A stretch of 64,000 nt of DNA from an uncultured Microbacterium sp. (GTDB lineage Bacteria > Actinomycetota > Actinomycetes > Actinomycetales > Microbacteriaceae), in the NCBI GenBank assembly GCA_964400205.1, contig CAYNTU010000010.1, forward strand, positions 891 to 64,890, read 5' to 3'. The notes beneath the pieces were generated by a model, which was given only the letters and a program-made list of their open reading frames with translations, made no database searches and had not been told where the DNA came from. This document shows positions 11,866-21,806 of the stretch, in pieces. Each line of letters starts with the position of its first letter. Positions within the stretch are counted from its first letter, which is position 1. The position numbers were made by a program, and so were the translations under genes.

Positions 11866-12233
11866 TCCTGTTCCCCCTCGGTCGTCAAAATGAGATCGCT
11901 GTCAAAGCACGTGCGATCGCCCGTGTGGCACGCGGGCCCATGTTGATCGACCTTGAGCAGCACTGTGTCGCCGTCGCAATCCAAACGAACCTCCACGACG
12001 CGCTGCGTGTTTCCGGAGGTGTCGCCCTTGCGCCAAAGCTCCTGACGGGAACGCGACCAGTACACGGCACGGCCCGAGGTCAGTGTCTGGGCGAGCGCTT
12101 CAGCGTTCATCCACGCGAGCATGAGCACCTCGCCCGTATCGAACTGCTGCGCGATCGCGGGGACGAGGCCGGCTGCGTTGAAGGTGACGCGGCTCACGAT
12201 CTCTTCCAACGCGAGCGGTGATGAATCGCTCAC
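11862..12233 (-). CDS. hisI: phosphoribosyl-AMP cyclohydrolase
   Basis: 123 aa with [31 protein letters not shown] and a CDGD metal site. Confidence 0.93.
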   Translation of the reverse strand: MSDSSPLALEEIVSRVTFNAAGLVPAIAQQFDTGEVLMLAWMNAEALAQTLTSGRAVYWSRSRQELWRKGDTSGNTQRVVEVRLDCDGDTVLLKVDQHGPACHTGDRTCFDSDLILTTEGEQE

Positions 12234-13006
12234 AGCCGCACCGGAATCCCTTGCGCGGCCATTGCCGCCTTGACCTCTGTGATACTCAACTGCCCCGAGT
12301 GAAAGACGCTGGCTGCGAGCACGGCGTCGGCACCCGCCGCGATCGCGGGCGCGAAGTCAGCGAGCTGGCCCGCTCCGCCCGAAGCGATGACGGGAACATC
12401 CGTCGCCTCGCGCATGAGGGCGACGAGTTCAAGATCGAAGCCCGTTTTTGTGCCGTCGGCGTCAATCGAGTTGACGAGCAGTTCGCCCGCCCCGCGCTCA
12501 CTGGCTTCTTGCGCCCAAGCGACAGCGTCGATAGCAGTCAGGGTGCGCCCGCCGTGGGTCGTGACAACAAAGCCGCTCGGCGTTGTCGAGCTTCGCGTGA
12601 CATCGAGGGAAAGCACGATGACCTGGTTGCCGAAACGATCCGAGATTTCGTTCAGAACAGCCGGTCGTGCAATCGCCGCCGAGTTGATTCCTACCTTGTC
12701 GGCACCAACCGCAAGGAGCTGCGCGACATCGTCAACGGATCGGACTCCCCCGCCAACCGTGAGCGGAACGAACACTTGTTCCGCAGTGCGCTGCACCATC
12801 TCGTAGGTTGTTCCGCGATTCTCAACGCTCGCCGTGACATCGAGAAACGTGATCTCATCGGCGCCCTGGTCCGCGTAATTCGCGGCAAGCTCGACGGGAT
12901 CCCCCATGTCGCGGAGGCCTTTGAAGTTCACGCCTTTGACGACGCGCCCGTCTGCTACATCGAGACACGGGATGACGCGGGCGGCCAGGCTGTTCCAAGT
13001 GTTCAT
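12230..13006 (-). CDS. hisF: imidazole glycerol phosphate synthase cyclase subunit
   Basis: 258 aa with [16 protein letters not shown] and [11 protein letters not shown]. Confidence 0.96.
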   Translation of the reverse strand: MNTWNSLAARVIPCLDVADGRVVKGVNFKGLRDMGDPVELAANYADQGADEITFLDVTASVENRGTTYEMVQRTAEQVFVPLTVGGGVRSVDDVAQLLAVGADKVGINSAAIARPAVLNEISDRFGNQVIVLSLDVTRSSTTPSGFVVTTHGGRTLTAIDAVAWAQEASERGAGELLVNSIDADGTKTGFDLELVALMREATDVPVIASGGAGQLADFAPAIAAGADAVLAASVFHSGQLSITEVKAAMAAQGIPVRL

Positions 13007-13016
13007 GAAGCTCGCC

Positions 13017-13856
13017 CTACAACCGTGCTGCGTGAATCTCGGTCACGAGAATCGCGCGGGCGCCGATCTCATAGAGATCGTCCATGATGGCGTTGACATC
13101 CTTACGCGGCACCATGACACGAACGGCAACCCAGCCTTCTTCACGCAGAGGTGAGATCGTCGGCGACTCACGACCGGGGGTGACCTGGCTTGCACGTTCG
13201 ACCAGCTCAGCTGGGAGGTCGTAGTCGACGAGTACGAACTGGCGTGCGACGAGGACACCCTTCAAGCGACGCAGGAGCTTCTCGACACCATCAGGCGTCG
13301 AGTCATTGCCGATCAGAACTGCCTCGGATTCGAGAATCGGCGGCCCGAAGACTTCAAGCCCTGCCTGCTTCAGGGTGGTGCCTGTCTCAACAACGTCAGC
13401 GATGGCATCCGCAACACCGAGTCGCACAGCTGATTCGACGGCCCCATCGAGCTTGACGAGCGTCGCCGAGACGCTGTGACGCTTGAGGAACTGCTCGACA
13501 AGCCCGATGTACGAACTGGCAATCCGTTTGCCTTCGAGGTCTTCGATTGCCGTAAATTCGCCGTTCGGGCCAGCAAAACGGAACGTTGACCGCGCGAACC
13601 CAAGTTGTTCGAGTTCACGGGCAGGCTGGACGACATCAAGAAGCAGGTCACGCCCCGTGATGCCAAGATCGAGAGCACCCGAAGCGACGTAGGTCGCAAT
13701 ATCGCGTGGGCGGAGATAGAAGAACTCGACATCATTGTTCTTGTCAATCACGTGCAGCGTCTTCGCGTCGCGACGACCGGCGTAGCCGGCCTCGGCGAGG
13801 AATTCTGCGGCGGTTTCGGCGAGTGAACCCTTGTTGGGAACGGCGATGCGCAACAT
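13017..13856 (-). CDS. hisG: ATP phosphoribosyltransferase (long form)
   Basis: 279 aa, begins [12 protein letters not shown], with the C-terminal regulatory domain. Confidence 0.95.
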   Translation of the reverse strand: MLRIAVPNKGSLAETAAEFLAEAGYAGRRDAKTLHVIDKNNDVEFFYLRPRDIATYVASGALDLGITGRDLLLDVVQPARELEQLGFARSTFRFAGPNGEFTAIEDLEGKRIASSYIGLVEQFLKRHSVSATLVKLDGAVESAVRLGVADAIADVVETGTTLKQAGLEVFGPPILESEAVLIGNDSTPDGVEKLLRRLKGVLVARQFVLVDYDLPAELVERASQVTPGRESPTISPLREEGWVAVRVMVPRKDVNAIMDDLYEIGARAILVTEIHAARL

Positions 13857-13894
13857 ATTTGCGTCTTTCTGCAGAGAGGTTTGCGTGGCAACTG

Positions 13895-14164
13895 TTAGAG
13901 GTGCGTGTACACGTCGTCGAGGGTCAACCCCTTGGCGAGCATGAGCACCTGCAGATGGTAGAGCAGCTGCGAAATCTCTTCAGCGGTGGCCTCGTTCGAT
14001 TCGTATTCGGCGGCCATCCATACCTCAGCGGCCTCTTCGACGATTTTCTTGCCGATCGAGTGCACACCAGCGTCCAAACGTGCGACGGTGTCTGAGCCGA
14101 CGGGGCGGGTCTGCGCCTTTTCGGTGAGCTCAGCGAAGAGAGTGTCGAACGTTTTCACGCTCAC
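13895..14164 (-). CDS. hisE: phosphoribosyl-ATP pyrophosphatase
   Basis: 89 aa MazG-like all-helical protein ([35 protein letters not shown]). Confidence 0.92.
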   Translation of the reverse strand: MSVKTFDTLFAELTEKAQTRPVGSDTVARLDAGVHSIGKKIVEEAAEVWMAAEYESNEATAEEISQLLYHLQVLMLAKGLTLDDVYTHL

Positions 14165-14176
14165 CAGCCTAGCGCC

Positions 14177-14857
14177 CTAGTGGGTGTGCTCCCCCGCCGT
14201 CGCGCGCAGGCGCGCAATCGCGGCGTCAATATCGGATGAACCGAAAACAGCGCTCCCCGCAACGAAGGTGTCGGCACCGTTCTCGGCGGCAATCGCGATC
14301 GTGTCGTCGTTGATGCCACCGTCGACCTGCAGCCACACGTCGCTGCCGCGCTTCTGCGCCTCGGCCTTGAGTGCGGCAAGCTTCGGCATCATGTCTGCCA
14401 TAAAGCCCTGGCCACCAAACCCCGGTTCCACGGTCATGACGAGAATCTGATCAAACTCATCGAGGTGGTCGTAGAGCGACTCGGCCGCCGTACCGGGTTT
14501 GACTGCGACACCGGCACGCGCACCACGAGCTCGCAGTGCCCGGGCGAGCGCGATCGGCTCAGCGGCGGCTTCAAGGTGGAACGTCACGCTCGTTGCGCCC
14601 TGCTCGGCGTACCCGGGTGCCCAACGGTCAGCATCCGAGATCATGAGGTGAATATCGAGCGGGATGGGGCTCGTGTCTTGAATACGACCAACCATCTGCG
14701 GGCCGAAGGTGAGGTTTGGCACGAAATGGTTATCCATGACATCGACGTGCACGAAGTCGGCAGTGGCGATCTTGTTGAGGTCGCGTTCCATGTTGACGAA
14801 GTCAGCCGAGAGGATGCTCGGGTTGATTCGCGGGGCCGTGGGAAGTGCAAGGGTCAT
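14177..14857 (-). CDS. rpe: ribulose-phosphate 3-epimerase
   Basis: INPSILSADF, HVDVMDNHFVPN and MTVEPGFGGQ motifs. The track ORF extends to 14920, but ATG at 14857 forms an ATGA overlap with the rsmB stop. Confidence 0.93.
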   Translation of the reverse strand: MTLALPTAPRINPSILSADFVNMERDLNKIATADFVHVDVMDNHFVPNLTFGPQMVGRIQDTSPIPLDIHLMISDADRWAPGYAEQGATSVTFHLEAAAEPIALARALRARGARAGVAVKPGTAAESLYDHLDEFDQILVMTVEPGFGGQGFMADMMPKLAALKAEAQKRGSDVWLQVDGGINDDTIAIAAENGADTFVAGSAVFGSSDIDAAIARLRATAGEHTH

Positions 14858-16212
14858 GACGCTGGGTTCTTTCGTAACAGGGCGAGGTACATGGCATCGG
14901 TGCCGTGGCGGTGCGGCCACAATTGCGCGGCACCGTTGGGGTGTTCGGCGAGGTCAAGCGGGTGTTGTGAGATGGCTTGCAGGGCAGCACGTGCGTCAAG
15001 TGCTGTGACGTCCTCGTGCGATTCGAGGGCCGTGGCGACGACGGCATCCGTTTCACGTTGATGCGGTGAGCACGTGACGTAAGCAACGATGCCTCCGGGC
15101 TTCAGCGCCTTGATGGCATCCGCCAGGAGGCTCTGCTGCAGCGGTACGAGCGTTTCGAGATCGCGTGCTTGTTTGCGCCAACGGGCTTCTGGGCGGCGGC
15201 GCAGCGCCCCGAGTCCGCTGCACGGGGCGTCGACGAGGATGAGATCGTAGGCCTCACCTGCATCCTCGAGAAGTGCACGCCCGTCTTGCTCTGTCACAAC
15301 GACCTCGAGAGGTACGGCCGTGAGGGCGTTGCGAACGAGTTGCGCCCGATGTGGCGCGAGTTCGTTGGCGCTGAGATGCGCGCCTCGCTCGAGCGCGAGC
15401 GCCGTAAGCAGGGCTGTTTTCCCGCCGGGGCCCGCACACAGGTCAAGCCACTCCCCCGTATCGGCGGAGGATGCCGCGGCAAGGGCCACGAGTTGTGAAC
15501 CTTCATCTTGCACGCGGATGGTGCCCCCCGAGCTTTCGAGGAGGTGCGCGACGTCACCCGCTGGCGCGCCGAACGCGGTCGGTGCATATGGGCGGGTTGG
15601 CTCCCCTGCTTCCGCAAGCCCAGGAAGTGCGACAAGCGTCACCTCGGGGGCAATGTTGTCGGCGCTAAGAAGCGCTTCGAGTTCATCCTCACGTCCCTCC
15701 GCCGCGAGAGCACGTCGGAGGGCGCGAATGATCCACACGGGGTGAGCAGAGCGGATGCTGAGACGTTCGTCGTCACTGCGCGCGGCTCGTTCTGCTTCGT
15801 TGAGCCACGACTCGAGATCGTGCGCCGTCAGTTTGCGCAGTACCGCGTTGACAAAGCCACGCGTGCCTTTCGATGAGCCCACGAGCGCGACGGTCTCACT
15901 CACGGCCGCATGTTGCGGCACCCGCGTCGCGAGCAACTGATGTGCACCCAGACGCAGTGCTGCGCGCACCTTGGGGTCGAGAGCTGCGATGGGCCGATTG
16001 CTAACGAGCGCGAGGATGGCATCGTAGGTGCCAAGTTGCCGCAGCGTGCCATAGGTGAGTTCAGTTGCGAGCCCCGCGTCTTGCGGCGCGAGCTTTGCCG
16101 CGGTGATCAGTTTTGGAAGCAACAGGTTCGAATACGCGTCGTCTTGATCGACGGCAACGAGCACGCAGTGGGCAACCTCACGTGCCGAGGTCACTGGCGT
16201 ACCCCTCGCCAC
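14854..16212 (-). CDS. rsmB: 16S rRNA (cytosine-C5)-methyltransferase RsmB/Sun
   Basis: 452 aa with an N-terminal NusB-like domain, SAM motif DLCAGPGGKT and catalytic DAPCSGLG. Confidence 0.88.
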   Translation of the reverse strand: MARGTPVTSAREVAHCVLVAVDQDDAYSNLLLPKLITAAKLAPQDAGLATELTYGTLRQLGTYDAILALVSNRPIAALDPKVRAALRLGAHQLLATRVPQHAAVSETVALVGSSKGTRGFVNAVLRKLTAHDLESWLNEAERAARSDDERLSIRSAHPVWIIRALRRALAAEGREDELEALLSADNIAPEVTLVALPGLAEAGEPTRPYAPTAFGAPAGDVAHLLESSGGTIRVQDEGSQLVALAAASSADTGEWLDLCAGPGGKTALLTALALERGAHLSANELAPHRAQLVRNALTAVPLEVVVTEQDGRALLEDAGEAYDLILVDAPCSGLGALRRRPEARWRKQARDLETLVPLQQSLLADAIKALKPGGIVAYVTCSPHQRETDAVVATALESHEDVTALDARAALQAISQHPLDLAEHPNGAAQLWPHRHGTDAMYLALLRKNPAS

Positions 16213-17087
16213 CAGTCGACGGCATTCATGGCCGGCTTGCCGGGCGGCTGCACGCGCGTGATGAGCAACGCACCGCTTCCTGTGCCGACCTCAATACGCT
16301 GCTTCGTCGCTGTCACCTCGCCGGGGGCGAGCTCACTCACAGGGAAGAACGTTGCTTCGAGAATCTTGACGGGAATGCCCGCGATCTCGGCGACGGCGCC
16401 GGGCTCGGGTGTCACGCCGCGGAAGCGGTTGTACACGTCGATGCCGGGCTGGGTGAGGTCGAGAGTGCCGTCTTCACGAGTGAGCTTTGCGGCATAGCTG
16501 GGCTCACCGCGTTGCGGCGTTGATGTGGCCGTTCCGTCTGCGATCGCGTTGACAACGCTGAGTGTGAGCGGGGCACCTTCTTCTGCGAGAAAGCTCAGCG
16601 CTTGAGCGGCCGTCGCATCGGGTGAGATTTCGAAGGTACGCCACTCGTACACATCACCAGCGTCGAGCGCGGCAACGAGCTGGAACACGCTCGCGCTGAG
16701 CGCTTTGCTCCCGTCGATGATCGCGCGCTGCACGGGCGCTGCACCGCGATAGAAGGGCAGCATCGAGAAGTGTAGGTTGATCCACCCGTGATCTGGTGCG
16801 GAAAGCAACGGTTCGCGAACGAGCCCGCCGTACGCGACGATGACACCGAGTTCTGAGTTGAGTGAGACGATTTCTGCCGTGGCAGCATCGTCGAGTTTCG
16901 CAGCTTTGATGATCGGCAGGCCAAGTTCAGCGGCGGCTTGAGCGACCGGCGATGGTGTCATGACTCGCTTGCGCCCCAGCGGTGCATCAGGGCGCGTGAC
17001 GACGGCAACGATTTCATGTTCGCTTGCCGCGAGTGCCCGAAGCGTCGGCACGGCAGCATCCGGGGTCCCAGCAAACACAATTCGCAC
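16191..17087 (-). CDS. fmt: methionyl-tRNA formyltransferase
   Basis: 298 aa, MRIVFAGTPD.., HFSMLPFYRGAAPVQ. Confidence 0.95.
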   Translation of the reverse strand: MRIVFAGTPDAAVPTLRALAASEHEIVAVVTRPDAPLGRKRVMTPSPVAQAAAELGLPIIKAAKLDDAATAEIVSLNSELGVIVAYGGLVREPLLSAPDHGWINLHFSMLPFYRGAAPVQRAIIDGSKALSASVFQLVAALDAGDVYEWRTFEISPDATAAQALSFLAEEGAPLTLSVVNAIADGTATSTPQRGEPSYAAKLTREDGTLDLTQPGIDVYNRFRGVTPEPGAVAEIAGIPVKILEATFFPVSELAPGEVTATKQRIEVGTGSGALLITRVQPPGKPAMNAVDWWRGVRQ

Positions 17088-17109
17088 GGTTCAAGCCTAC
17101 CGATCGTGG

Positions 17110-19062
17110 CTAGAGCGACGGGTCGAGGATGTCGAAGCGCGTTGTTAGAGGCAAACGGTTGTTGCCGGGGCCGCGGCGATGTTTTGCCGCTGCCGAGATA
17201 ACCTCGGCACGCAGGGCGTGAGCAACCTCGCCACCGCGAGCGTAGTCGAAACGGACCAGAGCCCGTACGCGCTCACTGTCGAGCGCAACGGGGCCGAGGA
17301 TTGCTGTGTCGCCAAGTTCGAGGGGCTTGAGTTCGTCAAGGGCCGCTTTGACAAGGTCATGTTGCCCCTCAACAGCTGCAACGCGGCACGTCGGTGGCAT
17401 CCGCAGCGGTGCTCGTTCCGTGAGTTCGTGTCGCGCATAACCGGCCTGATTCCACGTCGCGACGGCGCGAGGTGCGGCACCCTCGACACCAACGAGATGA
17501 ATAGGTGCTCCCCCGGCGGCGAGAGCAGCCGCGTTCGACCACCAGCGGACGCAGTTTTCGCCCACGCGCAGATCCGCGGCTTGCAGCATCCGTGCACCAT
17601 CGAGCAAGATGACGGCGCTGTAGCCGTTTGGTGCGATTGGCTCGGCGCCGCGCGTCGCGACCACGAGCACGGGTTTGTCGGGAACCTCCGTGACCTGATG
17701 CGCGCCATCGGAGACGACAACGCGGACGCCCGGGAAGGCGCGTCCAAACTCGTCGGCTGTCCGCTCGGTTCCCGATCCCGCCAGGTGGTAGGCGTGCGAT
17801 TGACAATGCGCACATGTCCACGAGGTCGCGAGCTTGCCGCACCACGCGCACGAAGGCACGGAGGCACGGCTCGCGGTAGCGAGTGGGCCACCACAGCCCG
17901 TGCAGCGCGCCGGTTCCCGGCATCCAGCGCACACCAGCGTTGGTGCGTACCCGGGGCGTGCCACCTGCACGAGCACGGGCCCGTGCTTGACGGCCTCGCG
18001 TGCGGCCTGGAAGGCTGCCGAAGTCACACGTGGCCCAGACCGCTCGAACGTCTCTTGCGCTGAAAGCACAACGTTCGGATGCACTCGGCGGGTCGCCGTC
18101 ACGGCGGTGAGATACCCCGTTGCGACGAGACGTTCGACATCCGTCGAACGCGTATGCCCCGCAAAGACAAGAGAGCTGCCCTCAAGCGACTGACGAATGA
18201 GCGCGGCGTCGCGGGCGTGCACATAGGGCGCAAGCGGCTCATCGAAGAGTTGATCGCCGTCATCCCACAGTGCGACGAGCCCAGCACGCACAGGCGCATA
18301 GACCGCAGAACGGTTGCCGATCACGACACACGGTGCGCCCTCGGGGTCTGCGGCCGCCAGCATGCGCAAGTAGGCCCGATAACGATCGGCGTTTGGTTGC
18401 TGTGCGTCGATGCGCACCACGGATTCTTGACCGATAACGGCGCCGAGCGCTCGCTCAAGGAGATCGAGGTCGCGATAGTCCGGCACAGCGAGGATGCTTG
18501 ACCGGCCCTCGCTCAACTGGAGCGCCGCTAGCGCCGTGAGAAGCCTCGTCCACTCCGGCAGCCTATCGCGCACGAGCGGGATCGCTTCGAATACTTGCTT
18601 GTTGGGATGAGCGCCAGCCTGTGGCAGCTCGTAGCGATCGAGCGTCTCGTGGATCGCATCATGGTTGATCGCTGCAGGATCGGGAGGCGTGGGCGGGACC
18701 GCCGCAAGCCAGGCTTTCTCGACACGAACCTGCCGCAGCGGAACGATGAGGCGGATGACGTCGGCCGCCGACCCGGCTGCACGAGTTGCTACGGCACGCG
18801 CGAGCTCGTAGCTCGCGAGTGGAAGCAGCGGCACGGGCGAAACGAGGGATTCAATCGCTGAGAGCGTGCGCGAGTCATCCGCTTCGCGAGCGAGCTCGAT
18901 GACATAGGCGTCGATCTTGCGATTGCCGCTTCGAAGTGGGACTCGCACCCGCACGCCCACGACGACTGCGTCGGCGAGCTCGTCAGGAACCTCGTAGTCG
19001 AAGAGCCGATCGAGCTGTGGCACGGGCGAATCCAGCAGAACGCGTGCGATCTGCCGAACCAT
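17110..19062 (-). CDS. priA: primosomal protein N' (PriA, actinobacterial type)
   Basis: 650 aa with an N-terminal 3'-DNA-binding domain and a Cys-rich zinc insertion CAGCREPARCTGCGGPL..CAWCG..CAHC. Confidence 0.9.
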   Translation of the reverse strand: MVRQIARVLLDSPVPQLDRLFDYEVPDELADAVVVGVRVRVPLRSGNRKIDAYVIELAREADDSRTLSAIESLVSPVPLLPLASYELARAVATRAAGSAADVIRLIVPLRQVRVEKAWLAAVPPTPPDPAAINHDAIHETLDRYELPQAGAHPNKQVFEAIPLVRDRLPEWTRLLTALAALQLSEGRSSILAVPDYRDLDLLERALGAVIGQESVVRIDAQQPNADRYRAYLRMLAAADPEGAPCVVIGNRSAVYAPVRAGLVALWDDGDQLFDEPLAPYVHARDAALIRQSLEGSSLVFAGHTRSTDVERLVATGYLTAVTATRRVHPNVVLSAQETFERSGPRVTSAAFQAAREAVKHGPVLVQVARPGYAPTLVCAGCREPARCTGCGGPLATASRASVPSCAWCGKLATSWTCAHCQSHAYHLAGSGTERTADEFGRAFPGVRVVVSDGAHQVTEVPDKPVLVVATRGAEPIAPNGYSAVILLDGARMLQAADLRVGENCVRWWSNAAALAAGGAPIHLVGVEGAAPRAVATWNQAGYARHELTERAPLRMPPTCRVAAVEGQHDLVKAALDELKPLELGDTAILGPVALDSERVRALVRFDYARGGEVAHALRAEVISAAAKHRRGPGNNRLPLTTRFDILDPSL

Positions 19063-19064
19063 GG

Positions 19065-20258
19065 CTAAGCCCCTGCTGCGGAACGGAGTGCGTCAGCGCG
19101 GTCGGTACGCTCCCAGGTGAAATCGGGGAGCTCGCGACCGAAGTGACCGTAGGCCGAGGTCTGCTTGTAGATCGGACGCAGCAGATGGAGATCGTCGATG
19201 ATGGCCTTGGGGCGCAGGTCGAAGACCTCCAAGACAGCCTTCGTAATCGCCTCGTCGCTCACGTTGCCAGTTCCGAAGGTTTCGACATAGAGGCCAACAG
19301 GGCGTGCGACACCAATCGCGTAAGCGACCTGGAGTTCAGCGCGGTCAGCGAGCCCTGCGGCGACGACATTCTTGGCAACCCAACGCATGGCGTAGGCGGC
19401 CGAACGGTCGACTTTCGAGGGGTCTTTCCCACTGAAGGCGCCACCACCGTGACGCGCAGCGCCACCGTAGGTGTCGATGATGATCTTGCGCCCCGTGAGA
19501 CCGGCGTCGCCCTTGGGGCCACCGATGATGAACTCCCCCGCGGGGTTGATGAAGTACTTGACGTCAGGCAAGTCGAGCCCCGTGCGCTCGAGCACAGGAT
19601 CGATGACGGTTGTGCGCACTGCATCACGCAGATCTGGCAGCGAGATCTCGCGATTGTGCTGGGTTGAGAGCACAACCGACTCAACAGAAACAGGTTTCGC
19701 CCCGTCGTAGCCGAGCGTGACCTGTGTCTTGCCGTCTGGGCGCAGCCACGGCAGCTCCCCCGACTTGCGCACTTCGGCAAGGCGCTCGGCAATGCGGTGC
19801 GCCGTCCACGCCGCCATGGGCATGTACTCGGGCGTCTCGTTCGTGGCATAGCCGAACATGATGCCCTGGTCGCCCGCGCCCTGCGCGTCGAGCGGGTCGC
19901 CCGATGAGCCTTCGCGTTGCTCAAAAGCGACATCGACACCCGCAGCAATATCTGGTGACTGTGCGCCGATCGAAACGCTGACACCGCATGAGTCGCCATC
20001 GAAACCCGTGGCGCTTGAGGTGTACCCAATATCGGTCACAACGCCACGCACGATGTCTGGGATCTCGACATAGGCCGAGGTCGAAATTTCGCCTGCGACG
20101 TGTACGAGCCCCGTTGTCACAAGCGTTTCAACAGCAACGCGCCCGTTGGGGTCATCTGCCAGAATGGCGTCGAGGATGCTGTCGGAAATTTGGTCGCAGA
20201 TCTTGTCTGGGTGCCCCTCGGTGACAGATTCCGAGGTAAACAGACGCAGCTCGCTCAT
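19065..20258 (-). CDS. metK: S-adenosylmethionine synthetase
   Basis: 397 aa with [30 protein letters not shown] and [16 protein letters not shown]. Confidence 0.97.
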   Translation of the reverse strand: MSELRLFTSESVTEGHPDKICDQISDSILDAILADDPNGRVAVETLVTTGLVHVAGEISTSAYVEIPDIVRGVVTDIGYTSSATGFDGDSCGVSVSIGAQSPDIAAGVDVAFEQREGSSGDPLDAQGAGDQGIMFGYATNETPEYMPMAAWTAHRIAERLAEVRKSGELPWLRPDGKTQVTLGYDGAKPVSVESVVLSTQHNREISLPDLRDAVRTTVIDPVLERTGLDLPDVKYFINPAGEFIIGGPKGDAGLTGRKIIIDTYGGAARHGGGAFSGKDPSKVDRSAAYAMRWVAKNVVAAGLADRAELQVAYAIGVARPVGLYVETFGTGNVSDEAITKAVLEVFDLRPKAIIDDLHLLRPIYKQTSAYGHFGRELPDFTWERTDRADALRSAAGA

Positions 20259-20303
20259 GGCAGCCTCTCGATTCGCGGGTTATTCGTGGGTCATGACAAG
20301 GCT

Positions 20304-20334
20304 ACGTCCCGCGTCTGACATCGACGCGGGACGT
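20304..20334 (-). terminator. GC-rich hairpin (12-bp stem ACGTCCCGCGTC / GACGCGGGACGT, 7-nt loop) downstream of rpoZ
   Basis: Perfect inverted repeat read directly, 16 nt after the rpoZ stop. There is no clear U-tract, which is common for actinobacterial terminators. Confidence 0.5.
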
Positions 20335-20349
20335 TACGTTGTGCGAGAC

Positions 20350-20604
20350 CTACTCAGCAGCGCGGATGCGAAGCTTGTCTTCGTTGATCTCGTGCAGCGC
20401 GATCGTGAGCGGCTTGTCTTCAACCGAGCTGTCTACGAGCGGGCCGACGTTGTCGAACATGTTGCCGTCGTGCAGATCCGAGTAGTAGTCGTTGATCTGA
20501 CGAGCGCGCTTCGCTGCAAAAATGACGAGCGCGTACTTGTTGTCGACACGGTCGAGCAGGTTGTCAATGGGCGGGTCGATGATTCCCTGGTTGCGCGTGG
20601 TCAT
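20350..20604 (-). CDS. rpoZ: DNA-directed RNA polymerase subunit omega
   Basis: 84 aa with [32 protein letters not shown]. Confidence 0.92.
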   Translation of the reverse strand: MTTRNQGIIDPPIDNLLDRVDNKYALVIFAAKRARQINDYYSDLHDGNMFDNVGPLVDSSVEDKPLTIALHEINEDKLRIRAAE

Positions 20605-20653
20605 GCTGCCTCGTTCTCAAAAAGCTTGTCGTGCGCGATTGCGCCGTTTAATT

Positions 20654-20950
20654 CTAGTGCAACCCTGAATCTACCCGCTCCGAGGGCTCCTCTCGTTGTG
20701 TTTCCGAGCTGTGGCCGTACCGAACAAACCATGAAACTGCCCCGACGAATGGGACAACAACAATCACCACGCACCAGACGATTCGCCGAATTCCACTTAG
20801 ATTGCGCGTCCGGGCAAGTTGGACAAGCGCTGCGAGGCTCAGTAAGCATGCTGCTAACCACGCAACGGTGAACCCCCAATCAGTGATCGTGGGTACCAGC
20901 GGGTTAGCCGCTAAGGCTGTGCGCCCGTGGCTACTTCCAGCCATGGTCAA
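20654..20950 (-). CDS. small membrane protein, PLD-nuclease N-terminal (PLDc_N)-like
   Basis: 98 aa with two TM helices. The second is followed by the PLDc_N-like pattern VWCVVIVVVPFVGAVSWFVRYG. It lies in a lower-GC stretch and overlaps the upstream secreted-protein gene by 14-20 nt. Confidence 0.55.
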   Translation of the reverse strand: MTMAGSSHGRTALAANPLVPTITDWGFTVAWLAACLLSLAALVQLARTRNLSGIRRIVWCVVIVVVPFVGAVSWFVRYGHSSETQREEPSERVDSGLH

Positions 20951-21695
20951 CTACGTAACCCGCATTGTCGCCCCGGAGAAAATGCAATTGCTCCTTCGTG
21001 CTCCAAGTGATTTGGCCCCACGGCGTTGGGACACCACGCTTGACCGTAACCTTGCATCTTGCCTCGATTTCCCAGGTGCCATCGACGAAGGCAGAACTCT
21101 TAACAGACGAAACTTCAGCAAGTACGTCATAATCTTTGGTGACGAAGCAGTCGTATCCTGCGACCCCGGAGACACCGTAAGGGGGTTGGCTAGAGACGGA
21201 GTAGTTCAGATCGATCACTACTTCAATCAGGACGATACCAGCGAATGAGAATGTCTGCCCGCCCTGCATCGACTTAATCCGTGACTTAGCGTTGGATGAG
21301 TTGCCGCCAGCGGGCTGAGCCCACGAGAAATCACCAACTCGCAATGCTCCGTTGGAGTCAGGTACCGCGTTCGGCGGCGGGGTAACCGAATATGACTCGC
21401 CAACAAGGTAGTCGGCTAACTCTTCGCGCTGAGTGGTAGATAACGCATCAAATCTGACAACGTCCGCAGTTGCTCCAGAGGCAACCAAAACCGCCCTGAA
21501 GTCAGCCAACGCCTGTTGACGCGTGGCTGCGTCTGCCGACGACTGAACAACACCACGCGCAATGTTTGATGAGAAAGATGTACCTTGTTCAATAATCGAA
21601 GTTGCGGATGCTGGTGCCGCGAGACCTAATACGACAGTGCTTGCGAGAGCGATTTTGGTGGTGATCGAGGCGAGTCTTTTTCGTTTCATAGCCAC
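20931..21695 (-). CDS. secreted hypothetical protein (Sec signal peptide, no recognised domain)
   Basis: 254 aa. N-terminus MKRKRLASITTKIALASTVVLGLAAPASA|TS is a charged n-region, an h-region and an AXA site. Composition is atypical (49 G+C in 100 nt at 21061-21160 by hand count). Start is GTG 21695 or ATG 21689. Confidence 0.6.
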   Translation of the reverse strand: MAMKRKRLASITTKIALASTVVLGLAAPASATSIIEQGTSFSSNIARGVVQSSADAATRQQALADFRAVLVASGATADVVRFDALSTTQREELADYLVGESYSVTPPPNAVPDSNGALRVGDFSWAQPAGGNSSNAKSRIKSMQGGQTFSFAGIVLIEVVIDLNYSVSSQPPYGVSGVAGYDCFVTKDYDVLAEVSSVKSSAFVDGTWEIEARCKVTVKRGVPTPWGQITWSTKEQLHFLRGDNAGYVVDHGWK

Positions 21696-21806
21696 GAACC
21701 TAGTCGGCGTGAACGACGAGAGCTACCAATGCGCTGATTCTCTCCGCAAACTGTCAGCAATTGCGATAGGTCGGTTAATCAGGCAGCCGCTTGAGTGACG
21801 TTTAGA

